A stretch of DNA of 64,000 bases, taken from Sminthopsis crassicaudata. Lineage: Eukaryota. The stretch covers positions 683,190,361 through 683,254,360 of the forward strand of contig NC_133618.1 of assembly GCF_048593235.1 (NCBI RefSeq), in the 5' to 3' direction. Under the pieces are notes generated by a model. The model ran no database searches. It was not told the DNA's origin and saw only the letters and a program-made list of their open reading frames with translations. Positions 12,425-24,350 of this stretch are shown here, one piece after another. Position numbers and translations under genes: made by a program. Position 1 is the stretch's first letter. The number at the start of each line of letters is the position of its first letter.

Positions 12425-13160
12425 TGGGCAGGGGTGGGGGCTCCCGGGGCACAGGGGTGGGGGCTCCCGGGACACAGGGGTGGGGGCTCCCGGGATACAG
12501 GGGTGGGGGCTCCTGGGGCACAGGGGTGGGGGCTCCCGGGGCACAGGGGTGGGGGCTCCTGGGATACAGGGGTGGGGGCTCCCGGGGCACAGGGGTGGGG
12601 GCTCCCGGGGCACAGGGGTGGGGGCTCCTGGGATACAGCGGTGGGAGCTCCTGGGGCACAGGGGTGGGGGCTCCCGGGGCACAGGGGTGGGGGCTCCCGG
12701 GACACAGGGGTGGGGGCTCCCGGGGCACAGGGGTGGGGGCTCCTGGGATACAGGGGTGGGGGCTCCCGGGGCACAGGGGTGGGGGCTCCCGGGGCACAGG
12801 GGTGGGGGCTCCTGGGATACAGGGGTGGGGGCTCCTGGGGCACAGGGGTGGGGGCTCCCGGGACACAGGGGTGGGGGCTCCTGGGATACAGGGGTGGGGG
12901 CTCCCGGGGCACAGGGGTGGGGGCTCCTGGGATACAGGGGTGGGGGCTCCCGGGGCACAGGGGTGGGGGCTCCCGGGACACAGGGGTGGGGGCTCCTGGG
13001 ATACAGGGGTGGGGGCTCCCGGGGCACAGGGGTGGGGGCTCCCGGGACACAGGGGTGGGGGCTCCCGGGGCACAGGGGTCGGGGCTCCTGGGATACAGGG
13101 GTGGGGGCTCCCGGGGCACAGGGGTGGGGGCTCCTGGGATACAGGGGTGGGGGCTCCTGG
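12425..13160. repeat. G-rich 23-bp minisatellite (~32 units)
   Basis: unit ACAGGGGTGGGGGCTCC(C/T)GGG(GC/AC/AT); produces periodic ORFs in all frames. Confidence 0.95.
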
Positions 13161-13397
13161 GGGCCCCAGCTGGAGGCATTGCCAAGGGAGCACGCATTTG
13201 CACATTTAGACTTTAAGAATAATAGTTCCTGCTTCCTCTCTAAGTTTGTAAAATGTTAAAATCGTGCAGCCTCTTAAAAAATAAAATGGAATTCAAGGAG
13301 TGGGGTGTTGGAGGAGCGGGTTCTGCAAGTGGCTGGAGATGGGGGGGTTAGCCATTAGTTCTACAGAGGTGAGCTGAGACTGCAGGGGTCAGGAGAG

Positions 13398-13643
13398 TGG
13401 CTGCTGTGGGGTACACTGAGACAGTGGGGGAAGTCGGGGTGCTGTGGGATACACGGAAACAGTGGGGAGAGTTGGGGTGCTGTGGGGTACACCCAGACAG
13501 TGGGGGGAGTCGGGGTGCTGTGGGGTACACCCAGACAGTGGGGGGAGTCGGGGTGCTGTGGGGTACATGGAAACAGTGGGGGAAGTCGGGGTGCTGTGGG
13601 GTACACCGAGACAGTTGGGGGAGTCGGGGTGCTGTGGGGTACA
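13398..13643. repeat. 38-bp minisatellite (~6.5 units)
   Basis: unit tggggggagtcggggtgctgtggggtacacccagacag with variants. Confidence 0.9.
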
Positions 13644-14740
13644 GTAAGGAGAAAGTCCGGGAGGAAGGGGCGGCAGCAGCGTCATTCTTGGAGATGCAGA
13701 GAAGGGCTGAGCAAAGTTCCACGAGGTCCCTGGTGCCCGGGCCCATGGGGGGGAGGCCGCTGATGCCGGGCCATCTCCCCCTCCCCCTCCGCAGCCATCT
13801 GGGCTAGGGCTGGGCCTGGGGCCTGGCCGGTCTGCTTCCTGTCCAATCCCCCCAGGATCTCCGAGTCCTGTTAGAGGGCCCCCCCAGCCCCGCTGGACCC
13901 CACAGATCCCTGGTCTCTGGCCTCCCTCCCAGCGCAGCCCCATGCTTTGAGCTCTGCCCTCCCCCATATCTTCCCTCTTTCTGGGACCAGGAGGAGTAAG
14001 GGAAAGGGCCCTTGTCTTGGGAGTACGGGAGGGGGGGCTCCGTTCTGTGGCCAAGCCGGGGTGACAGTGATAAGAGCCAGCATCCGTGTAGCGCCTGCTG
14101 TGGACCAGGCACTGGGCTCCAAAACGTGACCTCAGGTGATCCTCACATCAGGTTGGGGGGTAGAGCGGTTTGCCCCTGTTTGACAGATGAGGAAACCGAG
14201 TCAGGCAGGGAGCGGCCGCACTCTGGGCACGGGCGGGGGGGCCCAGGTCCCCTGCCCTCGTCCTGCCCTTGGTGATGGGGGCGCTGAGCCTGGGACGGGC
14301 TTCTCGGGTCATTGGGAGAATCTCATTACTCAGCTCTTCAATATCGCCCTTAAACAGGAAGTGTGGGGAGGAAGGAGGGGAGAGTGAGACGGAAGGATAT
14401 TGTGCAAAGGGGCAGGACAGAGGAGGTGACTTCCGGGGTCCAGAACCTGCGGCAGGCGCCAGGCCCGAGGTACCGCAGGGCCCAGGAAAGGCCTCCAGCT
14501 TTAAATCCCTTCGGCACCCCCAGGGAAAGGGGGCCCACGTGTGAGCTGGGCCGACTCCCCACCATCTGGAGGGAGCAGCCGCAGGGATTGCTGGGTCCGG
14601 GCCCACCTTGGCTATCCCGATGTGGATCTGGGACTCCTACCAGGCCCACCTTGCGGTGCATCCAAAGCCTATGGCCACCCTCGAGGGAGCTGCAGGGGCA
14701 CCCCGGTGCCCCCCGCCTCCGGCTGCCCCCTGTCACTCAC

Positions 14741-14876
14741 CCAGCCAGTGGGGACCCCCCAGCCGGCCGGCCTTCCGGGAACAGGCTGATGACAGGAGCG
14801 TCCCGAGCCAGGAAGGAAGAAGTGAGCTGATGATTACCCAGAAGGCCGACCACAAGATCCTGCAGATTCATCTGAG
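14741..14876 (-). other. candidate orphan internal exon (xQMNLQDLVVGLLGNHQLTSSFLARDAPVISLFPEGRPAGGSPLAG)
   Basis: acceptor ctcttttctcacag and donor gtgagt on the minus strand, 136 nt, only one frame open; partner exons not resolved. Confidence 0.3.
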
Positions 14877-15306
14877 CTGTGAGAAAAGAGAGCAGCGGCT
14901 GGGGCTGAGTCACCGGGGCCAGACAGCGGCCCAAGGATGTGAGGGGGCAGGCTGGGAAGGAAGGGAGCCAAGGCCCTGCCCCTCAGGGTGCCAGAGGCGG
15001 GGGGTGCTCCGGGAGGTGGGCGCCCACCCGGACTGCTGGCGCGATCCCCAGAGAAAGCGGAGAAAGGCGCAGGGACACCCTAGTCCAGGCTTGGTTTGTG
15101 TCAGAAAAACTAAAGGCGAAGAGCCCACGGACCCAAAGGAAGGGGGCAGGGGTGGCGCTGCTGTGGCTGAGGAGTAGAGAAAAACAACCCAGGACGTAGA
15201 TCAAACCAGTGACCAATCCCCGACCCAGAGCGGGAAAGGACCCTGCCTCCCGGGGAGAGATGCAGGATGGGAGGCTGGGCCTGGCTGTGCTTGGCTGTGT
15301 GTCCTA

Positions 15307-15555
15307 NNNNNNNNNNNNNNNNNNNNNNNNNNNNNNNNNNNNNNNNNNNNNNNNNNNNNNNNNNNNNNNNNNNNNNNNNNNNNNNNNNNNNNNNNNNNNN
15401 NNNNNNNNNNNNNNNNNNNNNNNNNNNNNNNNNNNNNNNNNNNNNNNNNNNNNNNNNNNNNNNNNNNNNNNNNNNNNNNNNNNNNNNNNNNNNNNNNNNN
15501 NNNNNNNNNNNNNNNNNNNNNNNNNNNNNNNNNNNNNNNNNNNNNNNNNNNNNNN
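15307..15555. other. assembly gap (N run)
   Basis: 249 N. Confidence 1.
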
Positions 15556-16999
15556 TTCTTTTTGCCTCCCTGGCTTCTGCTTCTCTTTCTTCTTCCTGAA
15601 CGGGAGGGAGAGTGGGCAGTGGAAGGAAAAGGAAATAAGTGCTTGGAAAGAGCCCGTGCAGCCCGGGAGGTTTCCCAGCTCTAGCCCCTTGAGGTACTGG
15701 CCGGCACATGGTCGGCCCAGAACCGCTGTGACCCTCAAAGAACCAAAAGCCAGATCAGAATCCCGGTGAGCTCATGGTAGACTCTGCCTCCCTGGAGCCT
15801 CTGGGGCTTTGCTTGTGTTGTTGTCAAATATTTCCTAATCACGGGGTCAGGCCCGGCTCCGGAGAATGCCCCCGACCGGCTTTGGGCCTGGGGGCTCCGA
15901 CTGTGAACACCCCAGGGCCCCTCCCCTCATTTTACAGAGAAGCAAAGGGAGGCTCTAAGGGTGGGTGGAAGCCTTTCTGGAGGTCACAAGGCTGGCCAGA
16001 GAAAGTGAGGAGGGGGCTCAGCTCTTCTTGAGAGGAGGAGGTGAGGAGGGGCCGGGGAGCCTGAGGAGCCGGCCAAAGCTCGGGAATAGCCTCTTGGGCA
16101 GTCGGTGGTGGGAATGGAATGGGTTGGGGGGGGCAGCATGTCCCGGGCCGGCCTGGGAGCAGGAGCTGGGAGGCGCTGGGTGCTCCTCCAGGCCCGGACG
16201 CCTGCTGCTGTTCCTCCTCCCAGCGGTGTCGTCAGGGGGTGCCTTGACTTGGATTTCATCGAGGCGGAGCAGTTGCAGTCTTGGACCCCACTCTCTCCTG
16301 CAGTCGCCCGGGTCCAGTGGCCAGAGACCGAGACCTGGGAGGCGCCATCAAGGGTCCGAAGCCCGGCGGGTCCTCTTCAGGAGGAGACACAAGGCCTTCC
16401 CGAGGCCCTGGGTGCAGGAGAAGGCTGGGCTCGGCGGCGGAGGAGACGGGCCAGGTGAGGAGAGCCGGCTCCCGGCCCTTTACTCAGATGCAGCCTCCTT
16501 CCCGAGTTTCACAGAGAATCGGGCTGAATGAGGGATCCGAGGGCCTGCCCGGGTCAGCAGGGCCGGGGTCCCAGCGGGCAACCCGACGAGTGTGGGCAAA
16601 GCCGGAAACCCTGCTGGGGGGGAGGAATGGCCTCCTGGCCCCTCCCCGACCCACGATTTCCCTTCAAAAGCGGCGATGGTTCAGTTCAGTTTAAGGGACA
16701 GAAGCAAACACCAAGGAATGAAAAGTCCATCAGAGATGCATGGAGGGGACGGGCTCTCGGAATCCCAATTATCCGAGTTAGAGGCAGCCTCTGGAGCATC
16801 CTCCCCCAACACGCCCAAGCAGGCGGCCCAAGGAACGCATTACCCCTCCCTCACGGGGTAGTTCTTCCAATAGTCGGCCTTTTTCATCCCAAACTCTCCC
16901 TTCAGAAGTGCCAAGGCTGCCTGTCTCTATCTGTCTCTCCTTCTCTGTCTCTTCATCTGTCTCTGTGTGTCTCCCCTCTCTCTCCCCATAAGTGGGAAG

Positions 17000-17530
17000 T
17001 TTGTTTTAAATTTTTAAATAACATTTCATTTCTTAATTACTTGTAAAAATAATTTCCATGCTTGTTTTTCTGTTTTGAGTTCCAAGTTCTATTCCTCTCT
17101 CCTCTCCCCCTTCCCCATATCATAAGCAGTCTGATGCAAGTTAGATATGGGTAAGCATGTAAAATCTTTCCAGATCAGGCTTTTTTTTTTCATGAAGACG
17201 AACAAAAAAGAAAGGAAGGAAGGAAGGAGAAAACTAGCGCGCTTCGTCCAGCATTCCCTCTCTGGGAAGCGGAGAGCTCAGCATTGCGGGGACAGCCGAG
17301 CCTCGGACCGGGCAGCCTCACAGTCGCTGCCCGGAGGCAGTGAGCTCCCGGTCCTGCTCACTTCACTTAGCATTAGTTCATGGGAATCCTTCCAGGTTCT
17401 TCTGCCCCCCCCCCTTGTATTCCATTACAAGCATATAGCCCAGCTTGGGTAGCCCTTCCCCATCCATGGGCATCCCCTCGGCTTCTAGTTCTCAGCCATC
17501 ACAAAAAGAACTGTTGTAAAAACAGGCCCT
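17000..17530 (-). mobile_element. L1 3' UTR fragment, GC-shifted
   Basis: ggtcctgctcacttcacttagcattagttcatgggaatccttccagg and gggcatcccctcggcttctagttctcagccatcacaaaaag match the antisense of a marsupial L1 3' end. Confidence 0.6.
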
Positions 17531-20214
17531 TTTTCCTTTTTGTTTTTTAACCTTTTGGGGTCCAGATATTGGGGCGCCATTGCTGGCTCAAAGGGACTGC
17601 ACTGAATCCCATGCTCAGGGGCCCTCTGAGCGGCTACCGTGCCGCTGGAGAGAAGGGGGTTCGCGTAGAGGTGGGGAGGCTGGGCCGTGGCCAGAGACTG
17701 GCTGCTGGGGCCCAGGAGTGATGGGTCTGGTGACCGGGTGCATGGTGGCGGTCTCAGTAACAGGGAAGCCTGGAAGAGATGAGAGCAGGCGTTTCATGTG
17801 GGACTCCTTGAGTCTGTCTGGTTGGAGATGCAAGAATGGGGGTCAGCAGCGCGGTGGAACCAGCCGTAATCTGAGGGGATTCAGAGATTGCAGGAGGGGG
17901 AGTCAGGCCTGGTGCTAAGGGCATTGACTTGTGGTTGCTTTGCCGGATCAGTCTCTCCCTCCACCCAGCTTCCAGGAGACCCTCAATAAACCTCCTTGGC
18001 TCCCTGTTGCTCCCATCCTCCAGCTTGAAGTTGAAAATCTCTTTTTTCCAGGCTTCTCAAACACTTCTGGAGCCAGCTGGCCCAGACATCTCACCCGTGG
18101 TCCTGGGCCTGGGCCTTCTCTGCTCGATTTCTCCACATGCCCCAGGAAGTCCATTATTGGGATAACCTCCTTTTCCCCTAGAAACCCGTCTTGCTCTCCC
18201 TCTCCTGCGACCAGGAGCTCCAAAATTCCCTAAGGAAAGAGCTCAACTCATTCATCTCATTGTCAGGGGGGATGCCTCAGACTGACTCTCTCACTTCCAC
18301 GGGCCACCTCCCCCGCTCCTGGAGGGCAGGATCTATCACTGCCCCTTAATGAATGGTGCTTAATGAATGCTCACTGACCGACTTTACTCTGGTCCAGTCT
18401 CCTGCCTCCTCCCTCATCTCAGGGCCTTTCACTGACTGCCTCCCCTCCTGCCTCTCTGGGCTTCTGGCTTCCCTCAAAACTCACTTTAAATCCCATCTTC
18501 TCTGAGACCCTTTCAGGTCCCCTCCTTTTGAAATACCTCAGTTTCCCTGAGTTAGTATGCTATGCCCACCCTCCACTTCCTGGCCATTAGGACTGAGAAT
18601 GAGGGCCTCAGCGCTCTGGCCACTCTCACATTCATACAGCTCCACATGGCTTATCTCAAATACCTGGATGCGACTTCCTGCCTCCTGCTCCACCACCAAC
18701 TCATCAGAACTTATGACTTCCTGAAATTAGGACTTACTAAGTGTTTCTCCCCCTCCCCCCACCTGTGTTTCCCTGATAGCTGGAGCCTTATAAAAATCTC
18801 TGGAATTAATTGCTGAATGTTTTGAGACAAGAGTCCCATTCAGCCAGCTGGGGGCCAGATTCTCCACTATTAAAATAGTGTCTTGCCTCAGTTTCTCCAG
18901 AATTACACCTTTTTCATAAATGCTGATAGGCTGTGATCAGTTGGTTGGTTCCCTGTTGGGGAATGGGACTTGTCCCATTTGGATCTGACCTCAGTAGGAG
19001 CAAAGCCTTGTAGGAGCTGTGGGGATCCTCCTTGGACACGAAGATGGTCCAGGATAGAATACATTCTCAAGGTGTTGTGGTGAAATGTTCTTGCTGTGTT
19101 TAAAAGGAAATCTCCCTCTCTAAAATGTAATTGACTTTAATGTGGGCACTCACTAGTGGGCTACCACTGAGGGATATACCTAAACTAGGGGCTCAGATCA
19201 ATGGTGTTGATCCCTCTTAGGGGGACCCCTAGGATTCTGAGGGGGGGCAGTGAAGCCAGAGCCCGACCTGTTGATGGAGGCAGGCTCCTGTCATTTGGGG
19301 AGACTGAGAAAGCTGCCTCTTCATAAGAAAGAAGGGCTCCATGATAAGGTGGAGGTGAAGAGGAAAGGCGCCCAAGGTAGGGGGCCCAGAGATGGGACCA
19401 GACTGGCTCTCTGGGACGATGCTGGAAAGGTAGGTCTGGCCAGAAGGGGAAGGACTTTCAAAATGCCCGAGTGTATTTTGTCCAGAGGAGCCACGGGAGT
19501 CTATCTGGGCAGAGCCTTGCCATGGATGAGCTGCTCCCAGGAGATCCGGGGTGGGGTGGGGCTAATTGAGGTGTTGGCTAGGGAAGGAGGGCTGAGAAGG
19601 GACAGAGGCAGGGAAATGGCAGGATTCGGCTTCCCCAGAGATATGGGGGTTGAGAGGGGGAGCTGAGGCTCAGAGCCCAACCCTGACGTCTCCCACAGAG
19701 ATGGGGATGGGGTGGAGGGAAGGTAAGGAATTCTCCTTTGGATATCAGGGGGGAGACCTTGTCTCCCTGGGGTCCAGAATGTCCAGAAGGCCCCCAGGGC
19801 CTGGGACTGAGCCTGCCTTTGCAGATCTGAGAGTGACCTGTCCTGAGTCAGGGAGGAGGGCTGACGACAAAGAGGTCCCCGACCACAGGAAGTGATTAAG
19901 AAATGTCTTCTGAGACTCCACTCCTTCTAGACTTGAGAACACCTGCTGCCAGTCAGCAGCGGTGACGACCCTCATGCCTGTCCCTGGCGGCCTTGCTTCC
20001 CCCCATGCCTAAATCGCTTGGTGGGCTCCCCTACACTGCCCCCCTCCTCCAGTGCTGGGCTCTGGACAACCTGGAGCGCTTCCTGCGTGCCCCACGCGGG
20101 CTTCTCCCGCTAGCCAGCTTTGTTCTTCCCCTTCGTTCTCTGAAATCTTGCGTTTGTTGTTGAGTCATTCACTTGGGCCTGATTTGTCTCAAGTGACTCC
20201 AAAGCACTGAGGGT

Positions 20215-20395
20215 AAAGAGGCCGGAATCGTTCGCCATTTCCTTCCCCAGTGTGTCCCCATGTTACCGATGGGGAACCGAGGCAAACGGGGTGAAGTAAC
20301 TTGTCCAGGGTCACACAGCTGGCGAGTGTCTGGGGCGGCACTTGAACCCAGCCCTTCCTGGCTCCAGGTCAGGGGCTCTATCCACTGCTTCCTCT
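20215..20395 (-). mobile_element. MAR1/CORE-type SINE fragment
   Basis: gccatttccttcccc...gaggcaaacggggtgaagtaacttgtccagggtcacacagct...ctctatccactg. Confidence 0.65.
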
Positions 20396-20429
20396 CTTAA
20401 AATCCACTATATATTGAGGGACGTGTGTC

Positions 20430-20900
20430 AGAATACTGCGGCTTATCACAAACTGAGAGAGTTGGGGTCAGTGGGGGGGCAAAACTCCCACCAGAATCCA
20501 AAGTTCAGAGTCTGAATTGAAGATCAGAAAAAGTCTTTATTCTTTCCCGGGAGGCAGGGCACCGGCTCAAACAGCTACGACGCGGAGTGTGAAGAACTCA
20601 ACAAAGCACAAAACTTTTATCCCTAAAGCGGAGTCCCCCCTCCCCCCTCTCTTCTCACCATTTGCTGATAAGGGAGCTCACTAATTGACCAAGACAATAT
20701 CCAAGCTACCCTAATGATTCCTAGATAATCGGACCTATCCGAAGGTTGCATTTTACAAACCCGGAAGTATTTCCTTCCGGCAAATTTGGAAGCATCCCAT
20801 CAAAAGGGGCTAGTACAATCCTCCTTTTGCATTACCTCATCCTGACTTGTAAAGTTGAGCCGCTATGAATATTAGATGAGGGGATAGGAGTGAGGAAAAT
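20430..20900 (-). mobile_element. LTR-like element (probable solo ERV LTR)
   Basis: on the minus strand a GATAAAA TATA-like box, then AATAAA (20536-20541), then a U5-like end ...gaccccaac; boundaries approximate. Confidence 0.45.
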
Positions 20901-22640
20901 TCACCTGGGGTCACTTCTCACACTTCTCTCTTCCAAACCCCTCTTTTCCATCCCAGCAAAAAGCTTCTTCCCGTGGGCAAGAAGTCAATCCCCCAAAGAA
21001 GTTCTGGGTGGGTGGAATTATCTGAAAGGCAAGGGTGTTTTAGGTGCTCAATTTTGGGGAGGTGATAAGCTCTAGCTGGCCCATTGCCACCACACCATCC
21101 CTGTGGGCAAGGTTTGTAATTTGTTTCCTTAATTATACAACGGCTTTCTCTTTCTAGATGGTGTCTGATATAGCTCAGGGACAAAACCTTCTCCACTTCA
21201 GCCAAAAGGCTAAGTCGGGCTTTTCTCTTCTGCTTCCTGGATTTCTGCACAAAAATATATCCTTATAATCTAGAATGGGTCTGATTCCCCACGCCACCAT
21301 CTTGCCGTGGCTGTTTCCTTCCTTCCCTTCTTTTCCTTCCTCCTTCCTTCCTCCCTTTCCTATTTTCTCTCAATATTATTATGTGACTTTCTACAATGCC
21401 AACAAAAACTATGAACGTGAAGCGTTTGGAAGGCCCTCCATTCCTGCTGGTCAAGAGGTTAGTGGCAACAAGAGGGTTATTAAGCAGTGAAAGAATTCTC
21501 TCCTTCCCGAATTCTTAGTCGAAAAATGAAAGTTTGTGGTTGGGTGGAAATCACTTTGCCAAGGGACTGACTCTTGTGGTGGCAACGACCTATCCAGGAA
21601 ATGGAGTTTTGGAGCTGAGAACAGCAGCAGGGCCCTGGCAGCTGAGCGGGCCGCTGGGGCCATCTGCGGAGGGCTTGGCTCTAGGAAGCCGTCATATCGG
21701 GCACCTTGGTGGGGGCCGGGACAGCCCGGCCGATCCGACCAGGATTCCTCAATTGAATGAGAGCTAAGAACGTCTAAGGGAGTTGTTTAGCCCCCGCACA
21801 GCACTGCCTCTCTGTCCTGGGAGGATGCTTCTGAGCCCGGGAGAGCCTGATCTCAGAGCAGAAACGGGGACACACTCTCAGCGTGATCCTCTTAAAGGGA
21901 GCAGGCCCCCTCCCTCCCAGCACTGCTACATGCACAACGGGGCTTTTTCCTCTTCAGGGGGCCCTGAGTCCCGTGTGCAGAGACTGCGCCCAGTGGAAAC
22001 AAGCCGGGTAACTCCACATTTTGTCCAGAAAGGCCCCACTGGCGCATTTTTTCTTGTTACCAAGAGCATAAAAGGGGAGTTAAGGGAAAGTTCACTGGTT
22101 CCTAGCAGAGGAAAGAGGCTACATTCTATGTAACAAGCCAGCCCGCGGAAACTATCTACGCGGAAATGTTATTCCTAGAATAACGAGAGCCTGCTGGCTG
22201 AGAAGTCCCTGAATGGAGAAGAGCATGTACTGGAAGCCTCCCGAACAAGAAAGGCTTTGGGCACGCTGGAGGCTCGGGCTTGTCTTTCCTTGTTCGTGTT
22301 TTTAAACAACGGAAGCGTGCGCGGTCACGTTCTCGCGTGGGAGAGAACGCAGCGGCTTCGGTCCCGCTGGCAGAGTTCTCCAGAACCTTCTGGGCCTTTT
22401 ATCCTAGAACATCCTGTAAACAACCACCCCTCCCCCATCGGGATTCCGTTCTCCCCGGTACAAAAGAAAAGGGGAATGGGGAAGGTGCTCAGGGCGCCGC
22501 GGACCCGCATCTCAACCTCCATCTACAGAAAACAGACAGACAAGGAGGGAAAACAAACTAAAAGGCCCTTTGTTGCGGTGTCACGGGTACAAACGGTGCA
22601 GAAGCGGCGGATGGTCCGTCCCCCAGCGCTGGTCGCGGGC

Positions 22641-23867
22641 TCAGCAGCTCTCGCCCTCGTCCTCCGTCTGGGGCCAGGCTCTGGAGGGGGCGCGCGGCTC
22701 CCGGAGGCGCTGCTGGGCCTCCCAGTCGGCCTTGTCCAGCTCAAACTGGCGCCACTTCTCGGCCAGCTCGCGGTGCTGCTGCTCCAGGGTGACCCTCATC
22801 TGCTCGTGCCGCTGCAGCAGCTGCGCCTCGGACTCCTGCAGCTTCTGCACCTTCTCGCGCAGCTTCAGCTCGAACACCCGCTCCATCTGCGCCTCGAGCT
22901 CCCGCATGCGGGCCGCGTGCTCCTCCCTCTGCGCCCGCGGGCTGACGAGCAGCTGGGCCCGGCTCCGGGGCCGCGTCATGGCGGCCAGCTTGCGGCTGCG
23001 GTAGTTCTCGTAGTGCACGTTGTTGGTGACGTCCTTCAGGTCCTGGGTGTGGGTTCTCATCAGCATGTTTCGGAGGATGGTGAAGTCACAGTGATCGCCG
23101 TTTTCCACCTCGGCCACGCCCCAGGGGTACTTTCTCCCGCGGACCCTTCGCCCGTCGACCTCGACGATGGTGTTGCTCCCGACCACGGCGAGCGGCAGGC
23201 GGTCCTGGATCTTCTTGGCCGGCCTCCTGTCGCCCGCGTCGCCCGTCCCCGGGAACTCGTAGATCTTAATTTGGTGCTCCTGGATCTCCTGCATGATCCG
23301 CTTCTTGAAGCGCTGGCACTCCTCGGGCGTGAGCGTGTCGGCTTTGGCAATAAGGGGGATGACGTTGACCTTGTCGTGCAGGCGCTTCATGAACTCCACG
23401 TCCAGCGGCTTGAGGCCGCGGCCCGAAGGGGACAGGAAGTACAGGCAGCACTGCACCCTGTGGTCCGGCGTCTGCCGCCGGTACACCCGCGACTCGGCGT
23501 TCAGGTAGTCCTCGAACTTGCTGTCGATGTAGTCGAGGACGGGCTGCCAGCAGTTGCTGTTGTCCACCGCGTCCCCGAAGCCGGGCGTGTCCACGATGGT
23601 GAGCAGCAGCTGCCCGCCGCCTTCTTTGCGGAGGACTTTGGCCTGCTCCACCAGGGCGCTCTTTTCACTTCTGCGGGGGGGCCCCGGGGCCTCGGAAGAA
23701 TACAGGTCCGTGAGGAACAACGAGTTGATGAACGTGGACTTGCCCAGGCCGGATTCTCCCACCACCATCAGGGTGAACTCGAAGCCCCTCTTCACCGACT
23801 TTCTGTACACTTGATCCGGGAGATTGGCAAAGCCCACGTAGCCTTGGACGTTCTTCGCTTGAGCCAT
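22641..23867 (-). CDS. SEPTIN7: intronless septin-7-like retrogene, 408 aa
   Basis: single [34 protein letters not shown]...; GGCGCCATGG Kozak context; G1 GESGLGKS, G3 DTPG, G4 AKAD, septin unique element and coiled coil present; no introns, stops or frameshifts. This is a retrocopy, not the parental multi-exon gene. Confidence 0.9.
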   Translation of the reverse strand: MAQAKNVQGYVGFANLPDQVYRKSVKRGFEFTLMVVGESGLGKSTFINSLFLTDLYSSEAPGPPRRSEKSALVEQAKVLRKEGGGQLLLTIVDTPGFGDAVDNSNCWQPVLDYIDSKFEDYLNAESRVYRRQTPDHRVQCCLYFLSPSGRGLKPLDVEFMKRLHDKVNVIPLIAKADTLTPEECQRFKKRIMQEIQEHQIKIYEFPGTGDAGDRRPAKKIQDRLPLAVVGSNTIVEVDGRRVRGRKYPWGVAEVENGDHCDFTILRNMLMRTHTQDLKDVTNNVHYENYRSRKLAAMTRPRSRAQLLVSPRAQREEHAARMRELEAQMERVFELKLREKVQKLQESEAQLLQRHEQMRVTLEQQHRELAEKWRQFELDKADWEAQQRLREPRAPSRAWPQTEDEGESC

Positions 23868-23869
23868 GG

Positions 23870-24350
23870 CGCCCCCGCCGCCGGCTCCGCGGCCAGCCCA
23901 CTGACCCGCGTCCCCTCGCGGGGGCCCTGTCCATTCTCCGACGCCACGGGCGCCCTGACGCAGCCCAGCCGGCGCCGCGCCCCAGGCGCTCGCTTTCGGG
24001 ACTTCGGGGTTTGCCCGGGCGATTCTTCTTCCGGCAAAGTCTCGGACGAATGGGCTCCTCGGTCCTTTCCTCTGGGCCCGCAAGCTAGGCTGGCGGAGCG
24101 GCGGCCAGTCTTGTTGAGGGGAGGGCCCCGGCTGGCCCGAGACCTCCCGAGGGCGTTTCTGCAGCCGTTGGGGCTCCGGAGATTATTCGCTGCTCTTTCC
24201 TTGCTTGGAGTCGTCTCGTGTGGGGCTCTCCGCTGCCGTTCTTCCCGGACGGTGGCTCTCTCTGGATCCCGAGCCTGGAGGCCGCGGGCGGGAAGTTCCC
24301 TTCGTAAAGGGCCAGGTCCCTAGCACGACTTTGTCAGGTCCCGATTTTAA
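23870..24350. promoter_or_regulatory. CpG-rich 5' region of the septin retrogene
   Basis: dense CpG immediately upstream of the ATG at 23867. Confidence 0.5.

Noticed and set aside
12374-13259. Collagen-like or Pro-rich ORFs on both strands
   Set aside because: Produced by the G-rich 23-bp minisatellite in all six frames
6508-13643. Possibility that the tandem arrays belong to the marsupial X-inactivation lncRNA RSX
   Set aside because: RSX lies near HPRT1/PHF6 on the X; the flanking genes here are TUBGCP2 and ZNF511, and I cannot match the repeat unit
15110-15769. ORFs spanning the N gaps (also 59389-59853)
   Set aside because: Their length is inflated by unknown bases
18145-18172. 27-nt similarity to ~56740-56766 (minus-strand EVIPIMDFL versus EVIPRMNFL)
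   Set aside because: Too short, the flanks do not extend, and it is compatible with chance in a 64-kb self-comparison
20824-20838. cttttgcattacctc resembling the NANOG Oct-Sox element
   Set aside because: Only the octamer-like half matches, the Sox half (ACAATG) is absent, and it lies 38 kb from the NANOG-like gene
22257-24323. 688-aa plus-strand ORF
   Set aside because: Antisense shadow of the high-GC3 septin CDS; no independent protein signature
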